Part shown: positions 10,633 through 21,336 of the stretch, piece by piece | Position numbering within the stretch: the first letter of the stretch is position 1 | How the letters are laid out: the number at the start of each line of letters is the position of its first letter | Origin: an uncultured delta proteobacterium | Lineage (GTDB): Bacteria > Desulfobacterota > Binatia > UBA9968 | DNA length: 64,000 nucleotides | Direction of reading: 5' to 3' | NCBI GenBank assembly: GCA_963816145.1 | Contig: CAWFJP010000003.1 | Coordinates: forward strand, 32,001 to 96,000 | Program-made: the position numbers and the translations under genes | Notes under the pieces: model-generated | Databases searched by the model: none | What the model was told of the DNA's origin: nothing | The model's input: the letters and a program-made list of their open reading frames with translations, nothing else

Positions 10633-12594
10633 CTAGTCTTCTTGGGGTTTCAACTTGCCCATCGGGATCAGGCAGATGATCGTGCCGAAGGCGATGACGA
10701 AGCCGCCGATCCACATCCAGATCACCAGCGGGCGGACCAGGACCTTGAGCGTTGCGTGATTGCGGTCGACTTCACTGAAACCGGAGAGGATCAGATAAAT
10801 ATCCTCGCTCAAGCTGCTCTGATGCACGGCGCGGCCGATCGGCGACTGTTGGGTCGGGAAGAATTTCAACGCCGGGGTGACCAGGCCTTCGTCCTGGCCG
10901 TTGTGAAACACACGAAACGATCCTTCGACGCGGAAGTGGGTGGGCTGCTGGGAGCCCGTGAGCCCTTCGAATTGAACCTTGTAATTGCCGATGTCGAGGG
11001 ATTGATTGACCGCCAGGGTGGCGTCTTTTTCGCGGCTGTAGGTCATCGACCCGGCGATGCCCATCATGATCAGCACCACGCCCAAGTGAACCACCAGGCC
11101 ACCATAGCGCCGTTGGTTGCGTCGTGTCAGCGTAACCAGGCCGCGCAGGATGTTTTCGCCGGCGACGCGTTTGCGCGCGCGCAAGGCCAAGGCGGTGTCG
11201 TAGACGATCGTGGAGACGACGAAGGCGAGCAGGGTGAAGCCCAAGAGCGGCAGAAACTCTTTGACCTTCCAGACAAATAGAAACAGACCGAAGGCGAGGG
11301 AGGCTGCGGCAGGCCAGAGAAAGTTGCGCTTCAAGTTGTCCCATGAAGCGCGCCGCCAGGCGATGATCGGCCCCACCGCCATCAAGAAAACCAAGAACAG
11401 AAACAACGGCACCGTGACGGTGTTGAAGTAAGGCGCGCCGACGCTCACCTGGGCGCCGGCGACGGCCTCGGAGATCAACGGAAATATCGTGCCGAGAAAG
11501 ATCGTGAACAGTGCCGACACCAGGACGATGTTGTTGAGCAAGAACGCCGACTCGCGGCTAACCATGGAGTCGAGCTCGGGTTGTTCTTTCAAAAGATCGG
11601 CGCGGTAGGCGAGCAGGCCGAAGGAGCCGAGCAGGACGAACGCTAGGAAGCCGAGAAAAAACACACCGACGGGTCCCGAGGAAAATGCGTGGATCGATGA
11701 AATGATACCCGAGCGCGTCAGAAAAGTCCCGAAGATGGTCAAGCTGAAGGCGACGATGATCAGCGACAGGTTCCACACTTTCAGCATGCGGCGGCGCTCC
11801 TGCACCTGGATCGAGTGGAGAAACGCGGTGGCCGGTAGCCAGGGCATGAAGGCGGCGTTCTCCACCGGATCCCAGGCCCAGTAACCACCCCAGCCGAGCA
11901 CATGATAGGACCACCAGGCGCCGACCAGATTGCCTGCGGTGAGAAAGAACCAGGCGGTGATGGTCCAGCGGCGGGTGCTGATGATCCAGGCTTCATCGAG
12001 CTTGCCGACGATCAACGCCGCCATGGCAAAGGCGAAGGGCACGGTGAGACCGACAAAGCCGGTGTAAAGCAGCGGCGGGTGGGTCATCATGTTGGCGTCT
12101 TCGAGCAGCGGGTTCAAACCGCGGCCGTCGAGCGGGATCGGCGCGATGGTGTCAAAGGGGTTGGACAAGAAACCGATGACGCCGAGAAAGAACACCGAGA
12201 CGATGGAAAAAATCATGATCACCCAGGGCATCATCTCGTGATGACGGTTACGATAGACCCAGGCGACGATGCCGGCGAAGATGATCAGGAGCCATTCCCA
12301 GAGCAGGAGCGAGCCTTCCAGGGCGCCCCAAAGACCGGTGATGCGATAGTAGGTCGGCGTCGCGCGGGTGGTGTTGAAGGCAACGTACTTGATCGAAAAA
12401 TCGGTAGTGACCAGGCCGTATATGAGCGCGGCGGCGGCGATGGTGACGAGGATGAATTGGCCAAGGATCGAATAGCTCGCCACGATGCGAAAACGTTCTC
12501 CCGCCGAGCGCGCCGCTACGATCGGGCTCAGGATCCCGATCAGCGCAGCCACGAAGGCCAGGAGGATCGCGGTATGCCCTAAACTAGCAGTCAC
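10633..12594 (-). CDS. ccmF: Heme lyase CcmF
   Basis: WGALEGSLLLW, GLNPLL, HPPLLY, WWSYHVLGWGGYWAWDPVENA, TRSG..SIHAF. Confidence 0.97.
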   Translation of the reverse strand: MTASLGHTAILLAFVAALIGILSPIVAARSAGERFRIVASYSILGQFILVTIAAAALIYGLVTTDFSIKYVAFNTTRATPTYYRITGLWGALEGSLLLWEWLLIIFAGIVAWVYRNRHHEMMPWVIMIFSIVSVFFLGVIGFLSNPFDTIAPIPLDGRGLNPLLEDANMMTHPPLLYTGFVGLTVPFAFAMAALIVGKLDEAWIISTRRWTITAWFFLTAGNLVGAWWSYHVLGWGGYWAWDPVENAAFMPWLPATAFLHSIQVQERRRMLKVWNLSLIIVAFSLTIFGTFLTRSGIISSIHAFSSGPVGVFFLGFLAFVLLGSFGLLAYRADLLKEQPELDSMVSRESAFLLNNIVLVSALFTIFLGTIFPLISEAVAGAQVSVGAPYFNTVTVPLFLFLVFLMAVGPIIAWRRASWDNLKRNFLWPAAASLAFGLFLFVWKVKEFLPLLGFTLLAFVVSTIVYDTALALRARKRVAGENILRGLVTLTRRNQRRYGGLVVHLGVVLIMMGIAGSMTYSREKDATLAVNQSLDIGNYKVQFEGLTGSQQPTHFRVEGSFRVFHNGQDEGLVTPALKFFPTQQSPIGRAVHQSSLSEDIYLILSGFSEVDRNHATLKVLVRPLVIWMWIGGFVIAFGTIICLIPMGKLKPQED

Positions 12595-13034
12595 TTGGCG
12601 CCAGCTTCCCGAGCGGGAATAAAGCTTTTGCTCGCTGTCTTGCCGTCGGCGTGGGGGCTATATTCTTCGGCATGCTTGGCCATGATCGTCGTGGCGTGAA
12701 ATATGCCGTCGTTTTCCACGCGGCCTTCGACCACGGCGCCTTTGCCTTCGACGAATAGATCGGGCGGCACGCCTTTAAAATAGACAGGGAAGCTGGTGTT
12801 TCCATCGGTGATTTGAAATTTGTAGGTGAGGTTTTGCAAATCTTTTTCCATCGAGCCCTTGACTACCATGCCGCCCATGCGAACAAACTTACCCTTCATC
12901 GCGCTCTCTTCGGCGCGCAGTTCCGACGGCATTTTGAAATAGACCAACGCCTGCTGCATGCCGCCGTAGATGATGTAGGCGAGCGCGGCGAGGATGACCG
13001 CTCCGCCGATGAGAAATCGTTTAGTTTTTGTCAT
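12591..13034 (-). CDS. ccmE: Heme chaperone CcmE
   Basis: VRMGGMV, PDLFVEGKG and the heme-binding His in AKHAEEY. Confidence 0.95.
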   Translation of the reverse strand: MTKTKRFLIGGAVILAALAYIIYGGMQQALVYFKMPSELRAEESAMKGKFVRMGGMVVKGSMEKDLQNLTYKFQITDGNTSFPVYFKGVPPDLFVEGKGAVVEGRVENDGIFHATTIMAKHAEEYSPHADGKTASKSFIPAREAGAK

Positions 13035-13176
13035 GGTTGGCGGCCGCCTCCGACGACCTTAACCGGCTGAGTTCTGTTTCGGCGGCGCGGTAACGACGCT
13101 TCAACAAGAACCAATACACGACGAGGATGCCCCAAACAATTCCGTATGCCAGCGAAACATATCCCCAAGCACCCAT
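13021..13176 (-). CDS. ccmD: Heme exporter protein CcmD (51 aa; not separately called in the ORF track)
   Basis: MGAWGYVSLAYGIVWGILVVYWFLLKRRYRAAETELSRLR... single TM plus basic tail; its ATG overlaps the ccmC stop and it lies between ccmC and ccmE. Confidence 0.85.
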   Translation of the reverse strand: MGAWGYVSLAYGIVWGILVVYWFLLKRRYRAAETELSRLRSSEAAANHDKN

Positions 13177-13892
13177 CAGACCCCTCGCTCCAGGCGCAAG
13201 GCCTTGATCTCTTGGCGCATCTCGCCGACGCGATAGCGCAGCGACAATAAGTAAAAGTACAGCAACAGAAAGCCAACGAAGCTGATCGCCAGGGCGGTCA
13301 ACATGGCCGGGTGGACGTTCTCCCAGGGCGCTTTGTCGGGGCGCAGGATCGACGGCGGCTGGTGCAGTGTGCGCCACCAGTACACCGACATGTGAATCAG
13401 CGGGATGTCGAGAAAGCCGATAATCCCCAAGATCGCCGCCGCGGAGGCGGCGCGTTGCTGATCGTCGATCGACGAGCGCAGCATCAAATAACCGGCGTAG
13501 ATGAGCAGCAGGATCGCGGTCAAGGTGAGCCGGGCATCCCAAGTCCACCAGACGCCCCAAGTCGGTTTGCCCCAGATCGAGCCTTCGATGATAGTGAGCG
13601 CGGTAAACAGCACGCCCAATTCGGCCGCGGCGTGGGCGAGCAGGTCGTCCTTCTGCTCGTGCTTCCACAGATACATGCCGCTGCCGATGAAGACGAGAAA
13701 ATAGGACAGATAGGCGGTCAGAATGCTCGGCAGATGGAGGTACATGATGCGCTGCACTTCACCCTGATAGGCGTCGGGCGGCGCCACTAGCAAACTCCAG
13801 CACAGCCCGGCAGTGATTGCGGCCAAAGCCAGGCCGCCGAGTATGCCTTTGCGTTTTTTTGCCGCATTGGTGGACTGCGCCAAGTGTCTCAT
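13176..13892 (-). CDS. ccmC: Heme exporter protein CcmC
   Basis: RIMYLHLP, WWD motif WGKPTWGVWWTWDARLT, WWRTLHQ. Confidence 0.96.
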   Translation of the reverse strand: MRHLAQSTNAAKKRKGILGGLALAAITAGLCWSLLVAPPDAYQGEVQRIMYLHLPSILTAYLSYFLVFIGSGMYLWKHEQKDDLLAHAAAELGVLFTALTIIEGSIWGKPTWGVWWTWDARLTLTAILLLIYAGYLMLRSSIDDQQRAASAAAILGIIGFLDIPLIHMSVYWWRTLHQPPSILRPDKAPWENVHPAMLTALAISFVGFLLLYFYLLSLRYRVGEMRQEIKALRLERGV

Positions 13893-13894
13893 GA

Positions 13895-14572
13895 CTAGCT
13901 TTCAATCACCCAGTCGAAGATCAACACGCCGATGGTCAAAAAGATTACGTCGAAGCCGATGAGTAGCCGCAGCCAAGGTGTTGCGTCGCCGAAGCCGCCG
14001 GTCTTGAGGATCGCTTCCATGCAGCGGATCGTTGCGAGAATTACCGGAATCATCAAGGGAAACAACACCAGTGGCAACAGCAACTCGCGCGCTCTGGCGC
14101 GCAGGGTGATCGCCGCGGTGATCGTGCCCAGAACACAAAAGCCCACGGTGCCCAGTAAAGTTACCAAAAAGAGCTGCGGTAGCAAGTTCCACGCGGACAA
14201 ATTGAACAAGATCCAAAATAACGGGATGACGACGACCTCGACCGCGAGCATGAGAAGAAGATTGAATCCGCTCTTGGCTAAGAACAGCGCGCCGCGATCG
14301 AGCGGCGACAGCAGCAAGGCATCTAGGCAGTGATTGTCGCGCTCGGCTTGAAACAGTTGCGCTAGACCCAAGGTTCCGGTGAACAGAAACGCTAACCAGA
14401 GGAGAGCGGGAGCGAGCTCGGCGACTTTGTCCGGCGGCATATCGAAGGCAAAATGAAACACGAACAGCAGCAGCGTGCCGAAAAAGAACATGGTCAGCAG
14501 GCTGTCGCGCCGGCGCGCCTCCAACAGCAGATCCTTCCACAAAAGCAGGTGCGCTTGCTTGAGAAGCGTCAT
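13895..14572 (-). CDS. ccmB: Heme exporter permease CcmB
   Basis: KDLLLEAR, FQAERDNHCLDALLLSP, ELLLPLVLFPLMIP; six TM helices. Confidence 0.94.
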   Translation of the reverse strand: MTLLKQAHLLLWKDLLLEARRRDSLLTMFFFGTLLLFVFHFAFDMPPDKVAELAPALLWLAFLFTGTLGLAQLFQAERDNHCLDALLLSPLDRGALFLAKSGFNLLLMLAVEVVVIPLFWILFNLSAWNLLPQLFLVTLLGTVGFCVLGTITAAITLRARARELLLPLVLFPLMIPVILATIRCMEAILKTGGFGDATPWLRLLIGFDVIFLTIGVLIFDWVIES

Positions 14573-15276
14573 AGGCCGCCGCGCGGTAAGAAGTCGCCGA
14601 AGGCGTGGTCGAAAGCCGGCCAGGGAGTTTGTTTCGGTTCGTCAAAGTGCAAGCGCCCTTGATGCAGGATCAGCGCGCGGCCGCACAGATTGAGCGCACG
14701 CGCGACATGGTGCGAAGCCAGGATCACAATATGGCCTCGGGCGCAATGCTCACGCAAATAGGTTTCTAACAAATCGACCCCGCTGCCGTCGAGAACGCCG
14801 TAGGGTTCGTCGAGCAGCAATAGTCCGGGGTCGAGCAGACGCCATTTGGCGATGGACAGACGGCATTTCATGCCAGCGGAGAGGTTGCCGGCATATTCCT
14901 GGGCGCGCTCAGCGAGACCAACTTCGTCCAGCGCTGCCTGCAGCGCGCCGGCTGAGGCAGACTTGTTGTAAAGAGCCGTGAAGAAGCGCAAGTTTTCCAG
15001 TACCGTCAATTGATCGTAGAGATGCTCGGCGGGGGTGAGCAGGCCGATCTTGCCGCGCACCGCATGGGCGTTCGCGCTGAGCGGTTGGCCGTCGAGCTCG
15101 ATCGCTCCGGTGGTCGGCGTGGTCAATCCGGCGAGCAGCTTGAGCAGGGTGGTCTTCCCAGCGCCGTTGGGACCGAGCAGGGCGACGAACTCGCCGGGGG
15201 CGAGGGCCAGATCAAGATGGCGCAGTGCCCAGAGGTAGCCATAGGCTTTGGCGAGATTTTTGACGGTAAGGCGCAA
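14569..15276 (-). CDS. ccmA: Heme exporter ATP-binding subunit CcmA
   Basis: Walker A GPNGAGKT, LSAGMK signature, LLLLDEP; first gene of the ccm operon. Start uncertain (TTG at 15276 chosen). Confidence 0.9.
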   Translation of the reverse strand: MRLTVKNLAKAYGYLWALRHLDLALAPGEFVALLGPNGAGKTTLLKLLAGLTTPTTGAIELDGQPLSANAHAVRGKIGLLTPAEHLYDQLTVLENLRFFTALYNKSASAGALQAALDEVGLAERAQEYAGNLSAGMKCRLSIAKWRLLDPGLLLLDEPYGVLDGSGVDLLETYLREHCARGHIVILASHHVARALNLCGRALILHQGRLHFDEPKQTPWPAFDHAFGDFLPRGGL

Positions 15277-15461
15277 GATTCGATCCGTTGACGGTCCGCG
15301 AGGTTCGCTTCGCTGTGCGAGCCGCTCGACTATAGTGATGGGCGGTGATGGATTCAAGTATCGAGATAATATTGTTTCTTTTTGGCATTTGGTTGACTTT
15401 TTGCGGCTGAGACCACTATGTAAATAGTCAATTCTGTTCGCCACCAGTGGAGGAGGAATCA

Positions 15462-16136
15462 ATGAATCCCGTGGTTACGGTCACCGGGTTTTGGGACGCA
15501 TTCACAACCAAAATCGCTGTTTTTCTGCCTAACTTGCTGTTTGCCATCGCGACCATCTTGTTGGGTTGGGTGATTTGCAACGTGATCAAGCGGGTCGTCG
15601 TGCGCGTGCTTAAAATTTGCCAGTTCGACGTTCTCGCCGAACACTCCGGCATCAAGCTGATCCTCGAACGCGGCGGCGTGCGCCAGACGGCTTCGGATAT
15701 CGTCGGCTTGCTGGCGTTCTGGTTTCTCTTCCTGATTGCGATTGTCACCACGTTGGAGACGCTTAACCTGAGCGGCGCCACCGACACGCTTCATACCATC
15801 TATCTTTACATCCCGAAGATTGTTGCCGCCCTGGTTACGCTAATCCTGGGACTCTATTTTGCCAATTTTCTCGAGTCGGTGACTCGGACTTCCTGCGCCA
15901 ACGCCGGCTTGGAAGCCGCAGCGTCGATCGGCAGGGCGGCTTATATCGGTACCAGTATTTTCGTTATCGCCGGCATCTTCGAGATCCTCGATATCGCCTC
16001 GGAGATCGTCATTTGGGCGTTTATTTTGGTGTTCGGCGCGGTCTGTTTGGCGCTCGCTTTAGCGTTCGGTCTGGGTGGCCGAGAGGTCGCCAGCCGATTC
16101 CTCGAAAGGTGGCTAGAGCAGAAGAAAAACGAGTAG
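15462..16136 (+). CDS. Conserved TM-helix membrane protein (MscS-associated / CmpX-like TM_helix repeats)
   Basis: Repeated FLPNLL / YIPKIVAA helices, ALAFGLGGRE C-terminal motif; GGAGGA RBS. Confidence 0.8.
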   Translation: MNPVVTVTGFWDAFTTKIAVFLPNLLFAIATILLGWVICNVIKRVVVRVLKICQFDVLAEHSGIKLILERGGVRQTASDIVGLLAFWFLFLIAIVTTLETLNLSGATDTLHTIYLYIPKIVAALVTLILGLYFANFLESVTRTSCANAGLEAAASIGRAAYIGTSIFVIAGIFEILDIASEIVIWAFILVFGAVCLALALAFGLGGREVASRFLERWLEQKKNE

Positions 16137-16145
16137 TTAGTCACC

Positions 16146-16174
16146 TTGACTAGCTGTAGCTAATCAGTTAGTTT
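16146..16174 (+). promoter_or_regulatory. Putative sigma70 promoter for icd
   Basis: TTGACT-N17-TAGTTT upstream of icd. Confidence 0.4.
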
Positions 16175-16264
16175 CTACCAGTTCACAATCTATTTTTAAG
16201 CAAATAGCCTAAAGCGCGCGGAATTGTTCGTCGCTGTTAGGCTTTTTTTGCACATGAGGAGACT

Positions 16265-17674
16265 ATGGCAGATTACAAAGTGGTAAAAGTTCCGGCCGGC
16301 GGCGCCAAGATCACCATGGGAACCAACAAGAAGCTCCAGGTTCCCGACAATCCGATCATTCCGTTCATCGAAGGCGACGGCACGGGCCGGGATATCTGGC
16401 GGGCTTCGGTTCGAGTTTTTGACGCGGCGGTGGAAAAAGCCTATGGCGGCAAAAAGAAAATTCACTGGATGGAAGTCTACGCCGGTGAGAAGTCCTTTAA
16501 GCAGTATCATAGCTGGCTCCATGAAGAGACCGTGCCGGCGTTCGCCGAATTTCTTGTCGGCATCAAAGGCCCTCTCACCACGCCGATCGGTGGTGGCATG
16601 ACATCGCTTAACGTGGGCTTGCGAAAGCTGCTCGATCTCTACGTCTGCCAACGGCCGGTGCGATATTTTAATGGCGTACCTTCACCCGTGAAGCATCCTG
16701 AATCTGTCGATATGGTGGTGTTCCGCGAAAACACCGAAGACATTTATACTGGCATCGAGTTTCCCAACGGCACCGAAGCCAACGCCAAGTTTAAGTCGCT
16801 GGTCAAAGAAGCTTTCCCCAAGGAATTTGCCAAGATTCGCTTTCCGAACAGCGCGTCAATAGGCTTGAAACCGGTTTCCGTCGAAGGCACCGAGCGCTTG
16901 GTGCGCGCGGCGATTCAATGGTCACTGGCGAACAAGCGTAAGAACATTAACTTTGTCCACAAGGGCAATATCATGAAATACACCGAGGGCTCATTTATGG
17001 AGTGGGGTTATGCCCTCGCTAAGCGCGAATTTCGCAACGACGTAATTGCCGAGCGCGAGTCGTGGATCTTGGGCAATAAAGAAGCCAACCCGAACATCAG
17101 TATCGAGGATAACGCCAAAGCGATCGATCCCGGTTTCGACATGATGTCGCCGGATCAGCAGAATGAAATCAAAAAAGAGGTCGAGGCAGCGCTCAAACTG
17201 TGGCCGACCCATGGCGATGGTAAATGGAAGTCCAAGCTGATGCTCAAGGATTCCATCGCCGACGTAACCTTGCAGTTCGTCTTGATCCGCCCCAAAGATT
17301 ACGATGTCATCGCAACCATGAATTTGAACGGCGATTATCTCTCCGACGCCCTTGCTGCGCAGGTGGGTGGTATCGGTATCGCGCCAGGCGCCAATATCAA
17401 TTACGAGTCGGGCCACGCGGTATTTGAAGCAACCCATGGCACCGCGCCGAAGTATGCCGATTTAGATAAGGTGAATCCCGGGTCGGTCATTCTCTCGGGT
17501 GAAATGATGCTACGTTACATGGGCTGGAATGAAGCGGCGGACTTGATCATCAAGGGTATCGAGGGTGCGGTCAATGCTAAGACTGTGACCTACGACTTCG
17601 AACGGCTCATGCCCGGGTCCAAGTTGGTCAGCTGTTCCGGCTTCGGCGATGCGATCATTGCCAACATGAAGTAA
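16265..17674 (+). CDS. icd: NADP-dependent isocitrate dehydrogenase
   Basis: [59 protein letters not shown]. Confidence 0.97.
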   Translation: MADYKVVKVPAGGAKITMGTNKKLQVPDNPIIPFIEGDGTGRDIWRASVRVFDAAVEKAYGGKKKIHWMEVYAGEKSFKQYHSWLHEETVPAFAEFLVGIKGPLTTPIGGGMTSLNVGLRKLLDLYVCQRPVRYFNGVPSPVKHPESVDMVVFRENTEDIYTGIEFPNGTEANAKFKSLVKEAFPKEFAKIRFPNSASIGLKPVSVEGTERLVRAAIQWSLANKRKNINFVHKGNIMKYTEGSFMEWGYALAKREFRNDVIAERESWILGNKEANPNISIEDNAKAIDPGFDMMSPDQQNEIKKEVEAALKLWPTHGDGKWKSKLMLKDSIADVTLQFVLIRPKDYDVIATMNLNGDYLSDALAAQVGGIGIAPGANINYESGHAVFEATHGTAPKYADLDKVNPGSVILSGEMMLRYMGWNEAADLIIKGIEGAVNAKTVTYDFERLMPGSKLVSCSGFGDAIIANMK

Positions 17675-17718
17675 TCGGGATCGATTAATTAATTTTTTAC
17701 CATAGGAAAGATCGTAGC

Positions 17719-18663
17719 ATGGCTAGGAAGAAAATTGCACTGATTGGCGCGGGCAACATCGGCGGGTCGATGGCCCATTTAGCGTTGCTTAAGGGTTTGG
17801 GCGACGTGGTAATGTTTGATGTCGTCGACGGCTTGCCCCAAGGCAAAGCGCTCGACCTATCCCACGCCGGCCCGGTTGAAGGCTTTGACGGCAATGTTAT
17901 TGGCACCAACAAGTATGAAGATATTGCCGGCGCCGATGTCTGTATCGTGACTGCGGGTATCGCCCGCAAGCCGGGCATGAGCCGGGACGATTTGCTTGGC
18001 ACCAACTGTAAAATTCTCGGTTCGGTGGCCGACGGCATTAAAACCCACGCACCCAATTCGTTTGTCATCGTCATCACCAATCCGCTCGACGCCATGGTGA
18101 CATTGATGCAACGCAAGCTGGGCTTTCCGAAAAACCGCGTGGTCGGGCAGTCGGGCATTCTCGATTCGTCTCGATACCGGTCGTTTATCGCCAAAGAGCT
18201 CGATGTTTCGGTGAAGAGCGTCCAGGCAATGGTGTTGGGCGGTCATGGCGACGATATGGTGCCGGTGCGCAGCTCCTGCATTATCGGCGGCGTGCCGGTG
18301 GAAAAATTGATCTCCGGTAAACGTCTCGATGAAATCGAGGCGCGGGTGCGCAACGCCGGCGGCGAAGTCGTCGCCTTGCTGAAGACCGGTTCGGCCTATT
18401 TCTCACCGGCGTCGGCGGCGATCCAAATGACCGAGGCGTTTCTTTTCGATAAGAAGGAAATTTTGCCATGCGCGGCGCTGCTCGAGGGCGAATATGGCGT
18501 TAACGGTTATTACTTCTGCGTGCCGGTGCAAATCGGCGCCGGCGGTGTCGAAAAGATCATCGATATCGGTCTGAGTGCGTCGGACAAAAAAGCGTTCGAT
18601 GAGTCGCTCAATCATGTAAAAGATATCGTCCAGGCGATGGACCGGGTCTTGAGCGCAGCGTAA
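17719..18663 (+). CDS. mdh: Malate dehydrogenase (LDH-like type)
   Basis: [37 protein letters not shown]. Confidence 0.97.
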   Translation: MARKKIALIGAGNIGGSMAHLALLKGLGDVVMFDVVDGLPQGKALDLSHAGPVEGFDGNVIGTNKYEDIAGADVCIVTAGIARKPGMSRDDLLGTNCKILGSVADGIKTHAPNSFVIVITNPLDAMVTLMQRKLGFPKNRVVGQSGILDSSRYRSFIAKELDVSVKSVQAMVLGGHGDDMVPVRSSCIIGGVPVEKLISGKRLDEIEARVRNAGGEVVALLKTGSAYFSPASAAIQMTEAFLFDKKEILPCAALLEGEYGVNGYYFCVPVQIGAGGVEKIIDIGLSASDKKAFDESLNHVKDIVQAMDRVLSAA

Positions 18664-18681
18664 ACCAACCCAGGCAAGCTT

Positions 18682-18724
18682 AAGCGAGACCCTGAGGCCG
18701 TCTGTTGGCCCCAGGGTCTCGCTT
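18682..18724. terminator. Strong intergenic hairpin between mdh and sucC
   Basis: AAGCGAGACCCTG / CAGGGTCTCGCTT 13-bp stem extended by GGCC/GGCC; only a short T tail. Confidence 0.5.
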
Positions 18725-18742
18725 TATCGAGCATGTGAGCGC

Positions 18743-19903
18743 ATGAATATTCACGAATTTCAGGCTAAGGAAATTCTCAAGCGTTTCGGCGTAGTGGTGC
18801 CGCGTAGCATCGTCGCAACCACGCCGGAAGAGGCCAAGAGGGCCGCCCAGGAACTGGGTGGCGGGATCTGTGTCGTCAAAGCACAGATTCATGCCGGCGG
18901 CCGGGGCAAGGGCGGTGGTGTGAAAGTCGTCAAGTCGCCCGATGAAGCGGCTGCCAAGGCGGGCGAGATGCTCGGTAAAAATCTCGTCACCCATCAGACC
19001 GGCCCCGATGGGCGCCGTGTTCGCCGGGTTTTGGTCGAGCAGGGGCTCAACATCGCGCGCGAACTTTATCTCGCCATGGTGCTCGATCGGGCGCAATCCC
19101 GGGTCACCGTGATCTGCTCATCGGAAGGTGGCGTCGAGATCGAAGAAGTCGCTGAAAAACACCCGGAAAAGATTCTCAAAGAAACCATCGATCCGGTCAT
19201 CGGCTTAACGGCATTTCAATGCCGGCGGGTCGCTTTCGCATTAAACATCCCGGCGGAACTCACCGGCAAATTCGTCGGCGTCATGCAGGGGCTTTACCGC
19301 GCTTATGACGAGTGTGACGCCGCCTTGGCGGAGATCAATCCTTTGGTTCTGACCAAAGAGGGCCAAGTCTTGGCGCTTGACGCCAAGATGAATTTCGACA
19401 GCAACGCTTTTTTTCGTCAAAAGGATATCGTTGCTCTGCGCGATACCGACGAAGAGGACCCACGCGAAGTCGAAGCGAGCAAGTTCGATCTTTCCTATAT
19501 TTCCCTCGATGGTAACATCGCTTGTATGGTGAATGGCGCCGGTTTAGCGATGGCGACCATGGACATTATTAAGTTCTACGGCGGCGAGCCGGCGAACTTT
19601 CTTGACGTCGGTGGCGGTGCCGACAAGGCTAAGGTCGCCAACGCTTTTCGCATCTTGCTCGCCGATGACCGGGTCGAGGGTGTGTTGATCAATATTTTCG
19701 GCGGCATCATGCGCTGCGACATCCTGGCTCAGGGCGTCGTCGATGCCGCTCGCGAGTTGAGCCTCAAAGTCCCGCTGGTCGTGCGCATGCAAGGAACCAA
19801 TGTCGAGCAAGGGCGAAAGATTCTCGCTGATTCGGGACTGACGATTATTGCCGCCGAGACGATGGCGGACGCAGCCGAGAAAATCGTCCATGCAGTAAAA
19901 TAA
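18743..19903 (+). CDS. sucC: Succinyl-CoA ligase beta subunit
   Basis: [44 protein letters not shown]. Confidence 0.98.
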   Translation: MNIHEFQAKEILKRFGVVVPRSIVATTPEEAKRAAQELGGGICVVKAQIHAGGRGKGGGVKVVKSPDEAAAKAGEMLGKNLVTHQTGPDGRRVRRVLVEQGLNIARELYLAMVLDRAQSRVTVICSSEGGVEIEEVAEKHPEKILKETIDPVIGLTAFQCRRVAFALNIPAELTGKFVGVMQGLYRAYDECDAALAEINPLVLTKEGQVLALDAKMNFDSNAFFRQKDIVALRDTDEEDPREVEASKFDLSYISLDGNIACMVNGAGLAMATMDIIKFYGGEPANFLDVGGGADKAKVANAFRILLADDRVEGVLINIFGGIMRCDILAQGVVDAARELSLKVPLVVRMQGTNVEQGRKILADSGLTIIAAETMADAAEKIVHAVK

Positions 19904-19979
19904 TTTTGCATTGTCGATTTTGGTCATCAGGAAGGGAAAAGAAGAATTGACTTCGATTTCATTATGGCACTGGTCGGAT

Positions 19980-20010
19980 AATCCAAAATCGAAAATCCAA
20001 AATCCAAAAT
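19980..20010. repeat. Short tandem 7-mer repeat (AATCCAA/AATCGAA)
   Basis: AATCCAA AATCGAA AATCCAA AATCCAA AAT; a partial inverted copy (CGATTTTGG) lies near 19915. Confidence 0.7.
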
Positions 20011-20016
20011 AATTCT

Positions 20017-20889
20017 ATGTCCATTCTAGTTAACAAGAACACGCGAGTTTTGACCCAAGGCATCACCGGTGCCACTGGACAATTCCACACCAAGGCTTGC
20101 AAAGACTATGGCACGCAAATGGTGGCGGGAGTGACGCCCGGCAAAGGCGGCTCGGCTTACGAGGGGATTCCGATCTTCGACACTGTCGAAAAAGCGGTCC
20201 GTGAAACCGGCGCCAATGCCACGGTGATTTATGTGCCGCCGCCTTTCGCGGCGGATGCGATCCTTGAAGCGGCCGACGCCGACATTCCGTTGATCATCTG
20301 TATCACCGAGGGTGTGCCGGTGCGTGATATGATTAAGGTGAAACGATTTCTTGCCGGACGGATCTCTCAACTACTCGGCCCAAATTGTCCTGGAACGATT
20401 ACTCCCGGCGAATGTAAGATCGGCATCATGCCGGGTCATATCCACCGCTCTGGGACCATCGGCGTCGTTTCACGCAGTGGTACGTTGACCTACGAAGCAG
20501 TGGATCAGTTGACCCGCTTGGGCATGGGCCAGTCGACCTGCGTCGGTATCGGCGGCGATCCGGTGCATGGATTTGACTTCCTTGATGTGGTGAAATTGTT
20601 CAACGACGATCCGGGCACCGAAGCGGTGGTGATGATCGGCGAAATCGGCGGCAGCTCGGAAGAGGAAGCGGCGGCGTGGATTAAGACCAACATGAATAAG
20701 CCGATGGCCGGATTTATCGCCGGCCAGACGGCGCCGTCGGGAAAGCGCATGGGCCACGCCGGCGCGATCATCTCCGGTGGTAAGGGTACGGCAAGCGAAA
20801 AAATTGCAGCGATGAAACAAGCGGGGATTCGCATGGCATCGTCGCCGGCGGATATCGGCCGCTCAATGCAGGAGGTATTAGCAAAGTAA
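20017..20889 (+). CDS. sucD: Succinyl-CoA ligase alpha subunit
   Basis: [20 protein letters not shown] and the phospho-His motif MGHAGA. Confidence 0.98.
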   Translation: MSILVNKNTRVLTQGITGATGQFHTKACKDYGTQMVAGVTPGKGGSAYEGIPIFDTVEKAVRETGANATVIYVPPPFAADAILEAADADIPLIICITEGVPVRDMIKVKRFLAGRISQLLGPNCPGTITPGECKIGIMPGHIHRSGTIGVVSRSGTLTYEAVDQLTRLGMGQSTCVGIGGDPVHGFDFLDVVKLFNDDPGTEAVVMIGEIGGSSEEEAAAWIKTNMNKPMAGFIAGQTAPSGKRMGHAGAIISGGKGTASEKIAAMKQAGIRMASSPADIGRSMQEVLAK

Positions 20890-20890
20890 T

Positions 20891-21310
20891 ATGGCTATCG
20901 AAAGAACCTTATCGATCGTTAAACCAGACGCGGTGGCGCGCAATCTGATCGGTGTCATTCTCAGCAAATTCGAAGCGGCCGGACTGAGAATCGCCGGCGG
21001 CAAGTTAATTCGGCTTACGCCGGAGCAGGCCCAATCTTTTTATGCCGTGCACAAGGCCCGGCCGTTTTTTCAGGGTTTGTGCGATTATATGTCTTCGGGA
21101 CCGATCTTCGTCTCAGTTCTCGAAGGTGAGAATGCAGTTGCCAAGAATCGCGAAGTGATGGGCGCGACCGACCCGGCGAAAGCCGCTGCTGGTACGATTC
21201 GCCAGGCTTTCGGCCAGGACATCGAAAAGAACGCCGTGCATGGTTCCGACGCGCCGGAAACCGCTGCCACGGAAATCGCTTTTTACTTCAAACCCGAAGA
21301 AACGTTTTAG
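20891..21310 (+). CDS. ndk: Nucleoside diphosphate kinase
   Basis: [19 protein letters not shown]. Confidence 0.98.
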   Translation: MAIERTLSIVKPDAVARNLIGVILSKFEAAGLRIAGGKLIRLTPEQAQSFYAVHKARPFFQGLCDYMSSGPIFVSVLEGENAVAKNREVMGATDPAKAAAGTIRQAFGQDIEKNAVHGSDAPETAATEIAFYFKPEETF

Positions 21311-21336
21311 CTATTCGCCTTATTGGGTGGGTTAAT

